From positions 1,178,001 to 1,242,000 of the forward strand of contig NC_081396.1 of NCBI RefSeq assembly GCF_030684315.1: a stretch of 64,000 nt of DNA. The letters are read 5' to 3'. This document shows positions 24,303 to 36,950 of the stretch, piece after piece. The notes beneath the pieces are model-generated. The model saw only the letters and a list, made by a program, of their open reading frames with translations, did not search any database and was not told the DNA's origin. The first letter of the stretch is position 1, and every line of letters begins with the position of its first letter. Source of the DNA: Stegostoma tigrinum. Lineage: Eukaryota. The position numbers and the translations under genes are program-made.

Positions 24303-24584
24303 CTAACTTCATCTTCAGGAGGAAATGTCACTCTTACCTGTGTTGCGCCCTACATCAGTCAGCCCTCAGGACATTTCATGATTTGTATTACTAGGGCCGA
24401 TGATATGTGGAAAGTGGGCAGCATTTGTCTTGTTTCTGGATATAATCCAGTTTGTGATATCACTTTTTCAGTGTCGCAATGGAAAAAGGTTGATGTGTCA
24501 AGCCTATTCAACTACATGAACTGAGGGGCTCATACCTGTGCGAGGCCTCTTGAGTGGAAGTTTTGAGATCGAATGTGCACGGTG
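24303..24584 (+). pseudogene. Possible decayed Ig-superfamily V remnant of unclear family
   Basis: LTSSSGGNVTLTCVAPY, frameshifted YLCEAS, heptamer-like CACGGTG at 24578; no good nonamer. Confidence 0.3.
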
Positions 24585-25987
24585 CATGTCAAGAGATTTG
24601 AAACTGAAGTGTAAAAGGACTAGTCTGCACACCTGCTCCAACACAACAGACGTTGTCTTTAGAAACGTTGAATCTGACAGCAGTATCTGTAATTTATAAT
24701 TTGAATTTTTTAAAACTTAAAATGTATGTGTGACCTGGAACTTGTAATTGTCAAGAATATTCAAGTTATTGAGCTACCTAAAACTGCATAATGCCTAATG
24801 GATCCACATTGATTTCTGCAGTTTTTAAGTTTTGATGTTTGTCATGTGTTCTTACAGATTTAATGAATAATGAATATTTTGTGTTAAATGTCATTACTAA
24901 CAATTTCGCAGTATTGATGGGCTTGATGCTTAAAGATGACACTACCGCACATTTCCATGGAATGAAGACCACGTAGCTACGGAGATAATACCTATTGAAA
25001 TAATCTTCTGAAACTCCACATTCAGAATAACTTACTGAAAATTCCTTTTACTGTAATCGGTACTGGATTAACATGAAAACGAGGATTTTCCATTTTCTAT
25101 GTCTCTCTGTGTAGTGATGTTTGTACAGGTAGGTCTCACTGCACAGGGATACTATCAGTCGAGACTTTCAGAGGCTGCTGTTCATCTATCTGGTAATCAC
25201 TCACATGTTTACGGCTGTATAAAAAGTCCCTGCATGAAGTTTTATTCACAAATGGAAATGCATGTTCATTTTCGTTCATCTGATAGATTTAAATTAATCC
25301 TGTCAAGGGATAGTGATAACGCTGACAAGGTCAGGTCATTTGTTGCATTTCCATATGTTACTTTAAGTTGAATGTCTTGCCTAATGTTTTCTGAGCCCAG
25401 TTATGTGCATGACAAACTTTGGACAAGCCGAGTAAGGATGGCTGATCTGTGTTCACAAAGTCTTGCGTTAATTAAATGTGTTTTTATGGTCGTTAATGGC
25501 AGCATCATCGTCACCATCATAGGTTTGATTTAAAGTCTAAATTTAATGGGTTAACTTCAATTTTCACTACTTATCATGGAAGATTTTGTACCCAGTCATT
25601 TTGAAGCCCCCAGAAAAGTACAGGCTTCTGATCGCTAGCCTATTAATTGACCAAAACCAATCAGTTTCTGTTCCAATGATAACGAACACCTCAAAAATCA
25701 AAGCAGTTGTGGTTTGTGGTAACAGTTCTCCACTGAAGTAAGACCCTGGTTTTAAACATACTCTGGAGAATCAATCATAGCCGGATTAAAAAAGGTCTGT
25801 TGCACAGTCCGAACTTTGTTTTTTTTTCTGAAGGTATGAGAAACAGCAAGATGTCCCTGTCACCAGATGTGCGGAGGGAATGGGTATTAATTCTTTTTCG
25901 TTTATGTTCAATTTTCCGTTAGAAGTAACTGGAAATCTCAGTGCAGTTTCTCTTGTTGGAGATCGATATTGTTTCTATAGTAACGTG

Positions 25988-26508
25988 TTGTCCTAATAGC
26001 GCAGAGATACATGGGAGTCTCAGGTTGATTATAATAATTAGGCCAATAATGTCGACAGTTGAGTGAAACATTTAATAAAACAATCAGTAATTTTGGTGCT
26101 CCCCTGAACATTCTCTCCATTATGCTAAACCATGAACTTTGGTCATATCCCAAGATGGTGACTTCACGAGTGCAAAATGAAGGATCAGATTCATTTGTAT
26201 TGAAAGCGTGCTTTAGTGTGACATCAACTATTTTTGCCATAGGTACATAGGCCATTGGATTTTCCACTGTTCGATAGCAGCCCAACTTCAACGGGTTGCG
26301 GTAGTGATGTCAACAGTCAGCATCAAACTGATTCTGATCAACATTAGCTTCATCAAAATCATCTGTAATATTTAACCAGCTATGAATCTACTATTTCCAA
26401 AAGACCTCCAGCTGGCTGAAGGAATAAACTCTTACTTGCATCGCTGAATGAAGCAAAATATACCATAAATGCTATTATTATAAAGAGTTATACGAATCTA
26501 TTTCCCAT
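25988..26508 (-). pseudogene. TRAV/TRDV pseudogene (leader 26508-26436 with a stop; V exon ~26362-25988)
   Basis: Leader MGNRFV*LFIIIAFMVYFASFSDA with GTAAGA donor; DVTLKHAFNTNESDPSF; PKFMV; PETPMYLCAIR; degenerate RSS CACGTTA...ACAAGAGAA. Confidence 0.65.
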
Positions 26509-27109
26509 GAGAATTCCAGCCTGGTTCAATTGTCGATGCAGGAAACCGTTTGTCAGACTTGAAACACTTACCACCATCTCTCTTCTCGCTGCTATCGAAT
26601 TTCCCAGGGGCTTCTATTCACTTCAAGCGTAAATTGGGTCAAATAGAAGCCAGCAGAGCAAAACGAAAGCAGGGAAACCACAACGTTAAAACTGAGACCA
26701 GGGCAGCCAGCCACAGATGCAAGGATTGAATGAAAATAGCAATGCTTGAGCATCAAGAATTCTTACCCACATCCTGCACCTGCTTCCTATTGAGGTGAAT
26801 AGAAAATCAGGCGACTGAGAGGCGTTAGGTGCATGAGTAGCGGTGTCAGCTAACTCTCAAGTGACTATAAATATCTAAAGTTCAGCAAGCAAATTGTATT
26901 GTCGTTTGGACTCAATGAATTTAGTCTTCTATTCAGTCTTTAGATCAACATTGTGTAAATTTAAGGTTGAAATTATTCCCCTACACTTTGGATATGGTTT
27001 TCCAGGTCGCAACAAATCGCGGTGAAGTAAATAAAACTCACCTTTCCAATCTTTTTTCTCCTCTATTGTCAATGCAATTAGCTGCTTTAGTCTTCGGCTG
27101 GTATAAACA

Positions 27110-27820
27110 ATTACAAAGAACGGAGAACAAAGAAAATTACAGCACAGGAACAGACCCTTCTGACCGCCAAACCTGCGCTGATCCAGATCCTCTATTTAAA
27201 CCTGTTGTCTATTTTCCAAGGATCTGTATCCCTCTGCTCCATGTCCATTCATGTACCTGTTTAGATACATCTTAAATGAACCTACTGTGCCCACTTCGAC
27301 CACCTCTGCTGGCAAAGTATTCCAGGCACCCACCACCTTCTGTGTAAAGGACTTTCCATGCATATCTCCCTTAAACCTTTCCCTTCTCACCTTGAAATCA
27401 TGACCCTCTAGTAACTGAGTCTCCTATTCTGGGAACAAGCTTCTTGCTATCCACCCTGTCTATACCTTTTATGATTTTGTAGACCTCAATCAGGTCACCC
27501 CCCTACCTCCATATTTATAATGTAAAGAATCCTAATCTACTGAACCTCTCTTCAGAGCTAGCGCCGTCCATACAGGGCAACATCCTGGTGAACCTCCTCT
27601 GCACCCTTTCCAAAGCATCCACATCGTTTTGACAATGTGGTGACCAGAACTGTATTCAGTATTCCAAATGTGGTCGAACCAAAGCCCAAACAATTGCAAC
27701 ATGACCTGCCAACTCTTGCACTCAATAACCCGTCCGATGAATGAAAGCATGCCGTATGCATTCTTGACCACACAATCACACGACGTTGCCACTTTCAGGG
27801 GAAAATGGACCTGAACATCC
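27110..27820 (-). mobile_element. CR1 LINE 3' fragment
   Basis: ORF pieces VVKNAYGMLSFIGR and KSFTQKVVGAWNTLPAEVVE; tail near 27110-27150. Confidence 0.9.
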
Positions 27821-29142
27821 AGAACTCTATCATTACATTGTACAAGGTATGGCCTGTTGGTATTCTTGCTGGAATGTTAAACTTAAGTTCCAGGAAATGC
27901 TCCGTGGACGTCATTTTGTTTTTGGTTTAATAAAAACCCAAAGTTAAGGTCTATTAATGACCACAAGATCACTGTCGATTGTTGGAAAAACTCATTTGGT
28001 TCACTAATGTCCTCCAGGGAAGGAAGCTTCCGTTCCTTGATATAGACCACATATATCTCCAGACACAGCATTGTGGTTGACTCTTACCTGCCACCTATAA
28101 AGAAAATAAATGATTGGTTAGCCAGTGACGCCCCCATCCTGTGTATAATTTTAAAATTCGTGTGTTCTACTCATTATGAAAAATGAGATTTCAGGAAAGT
28201 CAATTCTGTGTCCCTGCTATCTTATTTGATGAATAGATATTTCGCTACACTTTTTCATTGTGTTCACTTGAGAGGTTCTCAGCTCTGGTATCCTTCTGAT
28301 GAGTCGACATTGCATTGTCTCCAAATGCTTTCATCTTTGTCAACATCTGGATTGGACTTCTAAGTCGATTGAACATGCCCCATTGTGGTGATTAAGGTGA
28401 GAAGATTACTTTAACGCCCTCTCAATTCACTGTGTGACTCTAACACTGACCAGACCAGCATCTTTTCAATCTTATAATCTCACGCCTCTTCCATTTCAGT
28501 TCACTGCCTGACAGCCACAATGAGATGCTTCTGACAGCAGAGAAGGCTGCGTTTGACATCATCATTATGGAACACTCATCAACAGAAATCGGTAATATGA
28601 AAATTCTACAGTAAAAATATCTGTGCATCTCCCAGTTTCTTGAACGTTCTTCAGTTAAAACGTATCGTATTTGATCATAAATCAGCAATTCCAAACGCAA
28701 CTATCATCATAGGGCTGCGTATCATGCTATTAATCTCAGTAAAATTGTAATTTTAACCGCATGCATTGAATAATTAAGACTTTCATTTTTCTATCAATGA
28801 AGAATTAGGATAGAAGCGAATGAAGGATTGCCTCAGACGTAGTGGACAGAAAGCTTGGATAAGGTCTCGAATTCAGCATAAGAGACAGAATGAAAAACAA
28901 AATAAGAGAGACAGGCAAATATGTTAACAGAAAGAGACATGAAAAGAGAGAAATTTGCTTGCAATGATCTTTGATATATCATGCAATGCACACAACTGTC
29001 AAAGATTGGGTTACATCAGTAAGGAAATACTAGGCAATCATTTCTCTGAAGAGAATTTTCATTTTCCCCATGTGTGGATATTGTCCCTGCTTTCACTCTT
29101 CAATGTCAAGCATTGAAATTGAATCACATTCCAACAGATATC

Positions 29143-29567
29143 ATGCATTATTTCACGCTTGTTGCTGATAATACTGGGTTTGATGTCTGGTGAGTGTGAA
29201 TGCATATCATCAGTGACTGTTGTTTGTTTTGCACTTATTCCTCTCTTTAATAGACATTCCGTATTCACATCACAGGTGCAGGAGTCATACATGCAGTGCC
29301 CCAGGGTTCTTTTGATTGAATAGCTTATGAAGGGCAGACAATCATACTGACCTGCATTTATTCCACGAATGAAGGTATTCATTAGTTCTTCTGCGACATT
29401 AAATATCCAGGGAGCTCCCTGAGAAATATTCATGACAATGGTCCTGGCGAGATGGCTCTGAATTTCATTGCCTCCTTGGAGAAAAGAAAAAAACGGAAGA
29501 CAGTTCCATTAAGTGTTCTTGGGACTCCTGTCCCTGACTCCACCATGAGTCACTGTTCACTGCACTC
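29143..29567 (+). pseudogene. TRAV/TRDV pseudogene related to the 59117 gene (leader 29143-29189, V exon 29276-29567)
   Basis: Frameshifted 47-nt leader ending LLIILGLMS with GTGAGT donor. Exon reads GAGVIHAVPQGSFD*IAYEGQTIILTCIYSTNEGIH*FFCDIKYPG...KTVPLSVLGTPVPDSTMSHCSL; two stops and Trp lost. Confidence 0.88.
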
Positions 29568-29606
29568 CACACTGTTAGAAAGCCGCAGTGAGTGTGTGCT
29601 AAAACC
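29568..29606 (+). promoter_or_regulatory. 23-bp-spacer RSS of the 29143 pseudogene
   Basis: CACACTG, 23 nt, GCTAAAACC. Confidence 0.8.
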
Positions 29607-29699
29607 TGCAAGGTACTGTTTCCAGCTCTCATGCGATCATGTTTTGCAATGTGTTTACAAACTGACGTCAGAATATGCTATGTTTATCAGCATTTACAT

Positions 29700-30140
29700 C
29701 CAAGCTTCTCCACATAATCTCTGATCCCGCACAAGCTAAAAACGTAGTCTGTCTTTAATTTACCCAATAACTTGGTCTCCTCAGCCTTGTGCGGCAATGA
29801 TTTCTCTACTCTCCCTGAAGAAATTCCTCGTCACCTAAGTTTTAAAGAGTTGTCTATTTATGCTCAGGCTGCATCCTAGGACCCTAGTCTTTTCCACTGT
29901 ACAAATTTCTTCGTCATATCTATCTAGGCCTCTCAGTGTTCTATACATTTCAGTGAGATGTCCCATTCTACTTCTCAGCTCCGTCGAGTGCAGGCCCAGT
30001 GTATTCAATGGTTTGCCATAGGACGAGGCCTGCATCCCAAGAATCATTCCCGTGAACCTCCTCTGGACTCAGTCTAAGGCCGATATAATTGTCCTTAGAT
30101 TTAGCCCCAATACTGCTCTAACCCATCCAGTGTGCTCCGA
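29700..30140 (-). mobile_element. CR1 LINE 3' fragment
   Basis: ORF 29835-30047 ILGMQASSYGKPLNTLGLHSTELRSRMGHLTEMYRTLRG is a CR1 C-terminus remnant. Confidence 0.75.
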
Positions 30141-30634
30141 CCAGAGCCTTATACAGTGTATTGTAACCCTGTCGAACGAAATGCCCACCCTGACAAAGAA
30201 ATTCTGTTAATCCATACATGACGTTCAATGGCTCTCTTTGGTCTAACTTTGTCTTTGTGTGTGCCTCCTGCCTCAGAATTAATTCGTGAGCCATTGTGAC
30301 TTCGTCCTATTGCATGTTTTTGCTTCTTCTTTGAAATTAATTTCTGCTGTGCCTCCCTATTCACCCCTATGAACTCTCGCTTTTTCTGCCCTACTGTTTT
30401 TATGACTTGCCTACTCTCTCAATCAATCTAACCAGTTCCTGCCTTATGTCTTTGGGGTTACCTTTATGCAATTGTAATCCTGTAGCATCTGATTCCAGCT
30501 TCTCCATCTCTTACAACAGGGTGGATTCTATTATATTTTCCTCACTGTTCCACAGACTGTTCCTGAACATGAAACTTCTGAGGTACGTCTGCTACATTAC
30601 ATATCACCAAATCTATACTGCCTGTTTCCAAGGC

Positions 30635-30798
30635 AACAAAGTGTGGAGCTGGATGCACACAGCAGGCCAAGCAGCATCTTAGGAGCACAGAAGCTGACGT
30701 TTCGGGCTGCGCTCCTAAGATGCTGCTTGGTCTGCTGTGTTCATCCAGCTCCACATTTTGTAATCTTGGATTCTCCAGCATTTGCAGTTCCCATTATC
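30635..30798. repeat. Inverted (hairpin) pair of Penelope terminal-repeat fragments
   Basis: Arms 30636-30686 and 30711-30761 are near-perfect reverse complements; sequence matches 13845-13915. Confidence 0.85.
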
Positions 30799-31407
30799 TG
30801 TGCCTATTTCCGATTTAGTTCTTCCACAAGTTATTCCAAGAAGCACCTCTTATATATTCCACAATCCCTATTCTGGTTATCTGCAGCCAACCTGATCTTC
30901 CTCATCGATTTCACAAGCACAATCCCACTGATCGCCTCGATTACTGTAATAGTGCCTTTCATACATGCCGTCCTATTTCCTGATTTAGTTTTTGCCCCAT
31001 ACAGTGATGACTGCTCGGAGCCTCTACACAGCACTTGTTTCACAGCTTTTTTTTTCTGTATGTGATTTCTCAACATCATCTACACTTATTAACTGTTATA
31101 TATGTTCCAACCTTACATCACTTCTTGTTATTGAATTACTTCCATTGTCAGCAATTGTTCCAGTGTTTAGAAGTACTTCCAATGATCTGTGACTGTATAT
31201 AGTGGAATTGCAATCTGCTGAAGTTAATTTTCTGTAATTTATCTCAATGACAGCCATATCACCATCTTGCCATCTGACTGAACCAAAAAACTGCGCATGG
31301 CAGTGATATGTTCACATCCACACATTTTTAAGCAACTTATTAAGGATGAGCTTCAGGAAAAAAAAATCCCTCAATATCTGACTGGTCACTTCATAAAAAT
31401 AACTGCA

Positions 31408-31870
31408 ATGCGGCCACTAAACATTTGTGCTGCTTTGCGCATAATTCTCATGCTCACGTGGACTTTTAGTGACACTGATTTCTGAAACACAGATTACTTA
31501 TGAGTACACACTGGGCCGATCTGTTACTGTTCAAATATATGCTAAAGATATTTCGTCTTCTGGCATTTGAGATCTGAGTCATGACAATTCTGTCGCTTAG
31601 CAGCTCCCTTCACCTGTTAGGTTAGAAAGCCAGCCAGTGACATTAAATTGGTCCTTTGAGTTTACAACGAACTGTTATTGGTTGTATTGAAACAACACAG
31701 ACAAAATGCCCAAGTTTACACTGAGCATATCACCCAGAGGTACGAAGAGGTAATCAGATTTTGCGAAAAATAATTTCTCTGCAGAACTTCAGAAGGAAAC
31801 AAAAATCGCCAGTTGAGATATCTCATGGCTGAAGCTGACTGAAATCACTGTACATTACTGTGTTTTCAAA
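31408..31870 (+). pseudogene. TRAV/TRDV pseudogene (leader 31408-31468, V exon ~31571-31870)
   Basis: Leader MRPLNICAALRIILMLTWTF. In-frame exon DLSHDNSVA*QLPSPVRLESQPVTLNWSF...YWLY*...MPKFTL...SDFAKNNFSAELQKETKIAS*DISWLKLTEITVHYCVFK; four stops; RSS decayed. Confidence 0.88.
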
Positions 31871-32829
31871 TTCACTTGCACTCTCAGCGTTGCACAAGTA
31901 CTGTCAGAGGGACGTTTTTCTGTTGAGATTTCTGTGGAATCGGGGCAGTTACAGCCACAAAGAGCAACGCAATGTTAAACCCGAAACAATTAAACCTTGA
32001 GGAAGCCAAATGAACCTTCAAGCAATTAGAAGCTCAGAAAATAAACAACAGAGGTCCTTTTAAATAAATACTCACACTCAATTTTCCTGTATTATTACAT
32101 TCTGAACTTGGATATCAGAGTTTTGCTATTCATGCACAGGGAATCTCTAATCCTGATCATGCTGTGGCTTCATGCAGTCTTTATTCACATATTATATTCA
32201 GTTACTATATTTTTCCTGGACAGTATAGAAACTCACATTTACCCACGATACATTCTATCTACCAGTTTTTGCTCACTTATATAACATCTTTATATCTTTC
32301 TGCAGGCGTTTTGCTTCATCATCATTCCTGGCATTTCCACCTTAATTTTTGTGTCATCCACGAACTTGGTGGCAGTGCAGTCACTTCCCTCATCCAAGTT
32401 ATGAATATGTATTGTATAGTAATTGTGTGACCAGTACTGATCACAAAGTCACTCTTAAATTACATTTTGCTATCCTGAAGTTGCCCTCACTCACTTAACC
32501 CAATTCTTTGCATTGAATTTGCAAGGAAAAAAAAACACTCACATGCTAATATACCATATCCAAGACTCTATCTCCTTTGTCATTAAGTAGCCAAGCTTGC
32601 GCGAGCTTATCAACGTATTCTGTTAATCTCGTTCCATTTTATCCACACTGCTCCGATTTCCATTTCCCCTTCAGGAAGCCATATTATAACTGAATGATCA
32701 CATAACACAAATATAATTTCGTCATAGTCCTAGAGTTCAACGCTTCCAAAAGAGACGACTATGACAGAGTCACCCGAGCTCTTCACTCTTCAGACGATGG
32801 GTGATGTTGAGTAGAAGTAATTTGCACAG

Positions 32830-33025
32830 GAGCAAATTACTGCAGATGCTGGCATCTGTATGGAAAGAAAGAAATGTTGGAGATAACAACCTTTCAGACT
32901 GCATCCATGGAGGGCTACCAATCTGGAGCTCTGATGAAGAGTCACCTGGTCTCGAAAAGTCAGCTTGTTGCCTCTCTCTGGATGCTGTCCGACCCGATGT
33001 AGTCTCCAGCATTCATTGTTTTCAG
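32830..33025. repeat. Penelope-type terminal-repeat fragments with hammerhead-like core (32931-32962, +)
   Basis: CTGCAGATGCTGG... block, CTGATGA-AGAGTCACCTGGTCTC-GAAAAGTC, and ...TCCAGCAT block. Confidence 0.55.
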
Positions 33026-34879
33026 TTGAGAAAGCCGGACATTTGATGTGTCCTAAGATAATGCTGGATTTGTACCCATGCTGTCTGCACTAATTTCCTT
33101 TGCAAATAGTCCATCCATCCTACTGTGCTGACTAACCCGCCTTGTATTATGACATCATAAATAGTAAGCTAAGACATATTTTGTAAAAGGCTCAACATTT
33201 TCTTAATTACAGGCGTTAAGTTATGTGGTTAACATTTTCTTTTTAAATTTGTCTTCTTGGAAGATAGTTCCTCAGACTGGCTGCATAGAAATGATAATCA
33301 GAAGTGGCAGATAAAATTGGTAGTGTAAAGAACAATACTCAGATACGACCACTTGCTGACTTGCAAAATTGAGAATGCATTCAATGTGACAGAAAAAAAA
33401 GCATAATACAGGTTAAAGCTTACATTCACAAAGGGTCAAGTGAGACTTTATAGTCCAAGTGAATTTAATCTAGCTGCTTTGTCAGGGGCAAAAGTTCTGT
33501 TTTTAACTTTTCTTTCTTACATATTCGCTGATCTCTTTAAAAGCTGCACCTTGTACCTTTCTTGTGTGTGTTAACAGAATGTCCATTCACTTTTTCATAA
33601 CCTGGAGTGTTTACAAAACCTTTTTGATTCGATAACAATGTTTCTATCTTTACCAAATTCCCGTATTGTCTATTTTCTAAATATGCCATTAAAGACTTCA
33701 AACTTACCCGTTTGTGTGGTATTATTCTGCTGCCAGATGGGATGGTGCTATTTCCTTCCCTCTAGCTGATTCCTGATGAGTTAAGGCCGAAACTTGCACA
33801 AACCTCAGCCAGTGGAGGGTAATATGGTATTAGATTAATTTCAAAACAGAGGAACAGTGAGAGAGACTGTAATTCATTTTTTTAAAAATCACTATTAGCC
33901 TTCTGGATAATATAATCCTAGAATAGCGACTGGCTGCTTCTCATGTAACAAGACCCGTTATAAAATGCTCCAGATGAACATTCCTAAACTTTTGAACATG
34001 TTTCCCACCGGATACTAGTGCAGACAGAACAACAGCAGACAACGGGATGCACTTACAAACAGAAACACACACCCAGAGATGTGAAAGCAAGTATTTACAA
34101 CAAAACATACTGAAAGACATACTGACGCACACACTGATACAAAAACACACCTACGAACAAATAGGGATTGCGGGTGTTATGGCGAGATTGGGCTGTGATA
34201 ATTTTCAGATGTACATTGCGTCTTGTTCTGTGTGGCCTCTGTGTTCAGTCAGACTAGCAGACACCCACAAATGATGAGGTAGGAAGCAGAAGCTGTGTAG
34301 TGATCATTGAAATGAACGAGCAGACAGAAACAGATAATTTCAAATTTAAGTACACTGAAATTAGGAATGGAAAAGAAAATTAATATATACAGTGGCAATG
34401 GATAAGTTTAGAATTAAGTGCTGTAATGTGGGAGGTGAGACTTGAGGGTTTATAATTCGAGAGGATCAGTTTGTCTGGTCACAGAAGTTTTACGATGGAG
34501 TGAAATTTATGAAATGATATGTGTCATTAATTTGGGAGTGAAAATTCACAGGTTAACAACAAAGCTTTCAAGTAAGTTGGGGTCTGAGGCAAAAACAGAT
34601 AGTCTGGACAGTAAGGGCAACGAAAAGCTGGGGAGCTGCTGGTCATAGATGGGAACCAAGCTGTCAGAATAGACGTGGATTCGTTTTAAGTCAGAGAGCG
34701 TAACTTATCACAGGATGTGGGGATTCACTTAAAGTCATGTTTCCTCCTGACACCCTAGCAGCATCACCTCTTGCACAAAGTAATGAGTTTTGAAAACAAG
34801 GACCGCGACAGAAGCTTCTTGAGAGTAAAGCTTTCGAGTGTAAGTCCTTACTTAACTGATTGCCTTGTTGTCAGAGATA

Positions 34880-35373
34880 ATGCAGCTGTTTCGCATCTGG
34901 ATTGTGTGAGCAGTATTTCTATCATGCAACGGAGAAGCAAATATGTTGTACATTTCTTTTCAAATTATATGTTAAACAAATGTCAGTCTGTCTTATTATT
35001 GTAACTGAAATCTGATTTCTCTTTCAAATTTGAGTCGTGGAAATTTTGGCACTCATTCACTCTCCTCAGATGTCTATATGAAGGAAGAGGCAGTGATTCT
35101 AAATTGCATCCATTATAGTACATGGAGCAGTTATGTATCATTATGGTACTGACACACTCAGATACATACACCGAGTATACCCTGAGTAAATATTCTTCTG
35201 GTTAAGAGGATCAGGGAAATTTGCTAAACATTGCTTTTTTGTATTTCTTCAGATTTCGAATACATTCGTGAGTTTGACTATTTCATGTCTGCAGTTCACT
35301 AATGCTGCCATGCACAATTGTGCACTTAGGGACACAAGGTCCTGAGAAACAGTGTCATCCCAGTGCAAAAAAT
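34880..35373 (+). pseudogene. TRAV/TRDV pseudogene with degenerate RSS
   Basis: Leader MQLFRIWIV*AVFLS. Exon LSRGNFGTHSLSSDVYMKEEAVILNCIHYSTWSSYVSLWY* and, after frameshifts, FVSLTISCLQFTNAAMHNCALR. CACAAGG (35333), 25 nt, GCAAAAAAT. Confidence 0.88.
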
Positions 35374-35793
35374 AAAATCAAACAAACTGTCTTTGTTTAT
35401 AAGTGGTGAATAATCTGGTGGAGTTTGTGTAGCAACCTTGGCAGTTACAATGTGGTGCCAGAAGATCAAAATCATTCTCAGAGGAAACCAAACTAACCAC
35501 AGATCAAACTTTAAAACAATTATTTCCGGGAGCTTCTGAGAAAATGAACTGCAGACTCCAGAAGCGAATCATATGTAAGCACACCCATTCTATTCCTTGC
35601 TGTCAACACCCTGCTGTCGTATCATTTTCATGTAATGAGCAAGCAGTCAGCAATCCTTCTCTACGTTCCACATCCTGGCCTCTGCCGCAAGTCAATTGTG
35701 TCCAGATACACAACAACCGATTACCGAAGTCAAGGCTGTGGAATGCATGTCTTCAATATCCGGCAGCATTCTTACACAGAATACAACAGCAAT

Positions 35794-36240
35794 ATGTTTG
35801 CTTTGTATCTGGATTGAGTTTTGAGCACGTTTACCTCATAATTGTGAAGGAAGCACATTACACATTTCTTTTTAAATTCTGTTCCACACTAGTGCGAACT
35901 GGGAATGTTCTAGTTTAAACATCATTGCCATTCCAGACTTGAGTCATGAATATTCTGTTACTCAATCACTCTCCACAGGTCGTTGAACAGAAGGAGAAAC
36001 AGTGAGTCTAAAACGCACCTACGATTATACACTGAAAGTCGATAACTTTTACTGACAGTGACAGCAATCAGACTTGTGACACTGTACTTACAGAGAACGT
36101 ATTCTGGTGCTTATTAACATAAAAAAGATTTTGCTCTAAAGTTATTACTCTACAGAGGTCCAACTGTCTAATTACTTTATCCACATTTGTTTCACTTTAG
36201 CGGTATTCGACTGTAAATGGTTCTACACGTTAGATGCCAG
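35794..36240 (+). pseudogene. TRAV/TRDV pseudogene (tandem paralog of 34880)
   Basis: Acceptor TTCCAG ends at 35936; DLSHEYSVTQSLSTGR*TEGETVSLKRTYDYTLKVDNFY*Q*QQSD; AVFDC remnant near 36200. Confidence 0.8.
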
Positions 36241-36627
36241 TGGTGACAATGAATGTCCTGAATCGACACGGAAAAGTCATGACATTACTGAAGTTACACA
36301 GTATGAGGGAGACAGCTTTAGTAAAACTGATATTAATGAGAATGTAACGTGGGTATGCTTTAAAGATCAGTCACAATGCTCAGGCCTGTTTAGTGAGGAA
36401 AAGAAAGTAAAAATCTCAACACAGAAACTCACTCTGAACAAATACTTTGTCTTAACAAACTGTGAACAGCAACTCTAGGAACCTGAAGTGAGAAATGGAT
36501 AAGTGCTGCTCATAATTACAGGCAGGCGAACATAAGGAGAAAACAAATAATTTTGCTGTCATTGGTGAATTTATGAATTTCATTGTGACCTTCCAGTTCA
36601 GAACAACAAGAACTGTCACTAAATCAA

Positions 36628-36940
36628 GGGCGGTACGGTGACTCGATGGTTAGCACTACTATCTCACAGTGTTGGGGACCAGTGTTTCGTTTCACTCTTG
36701 AGATACTGTCTGTGCAGAGTTTGCACATTCTCCCTGTGTCTGTGTGGGTTTCCTCCGGGTGCTCCAGTTTCCTCCCACAGCTAGGTGCATTGACCATTGT
36801 AAATTGACCAGAGTGTTCAGGGATGTATAGATTAGGTGGATTATAGGGAGTGGTTCTGGGTGGGTTGCTTTGAGGTTTGCTGTGGACATATTGAGCCCGA
36901 GGTCCCATTTTCACACTGTAGGAATTCAATGATTCTCTGT
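36628..36940 (+). mobile_element. tRNA-derived SINE (HE1-like), diverged
   Basis: GGGCGGTACGGTGACTCGATGGTTAGCAC head and GAGTTTGCACATTCTCCC body. Confidence 0.82.
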
Positions 36941-36950
36941 ATGAGAGGTT

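Noticed and set aside
28428-28700. Perfect heptamer on - after a DAGL..C-like remnant
   Set aside because: No nonamer and no recognisable FR1/FR2; too weak to call a V.
33772-33812. CTGATGAGTTAAGGCCGAAAC as a hammerhead ribozyme
   Set aside because: Stems II and III do not pair properly, there is no cleavage triplet in register, and GAAA is missing in the paralogous units at 13.2 and 13.7 kb.
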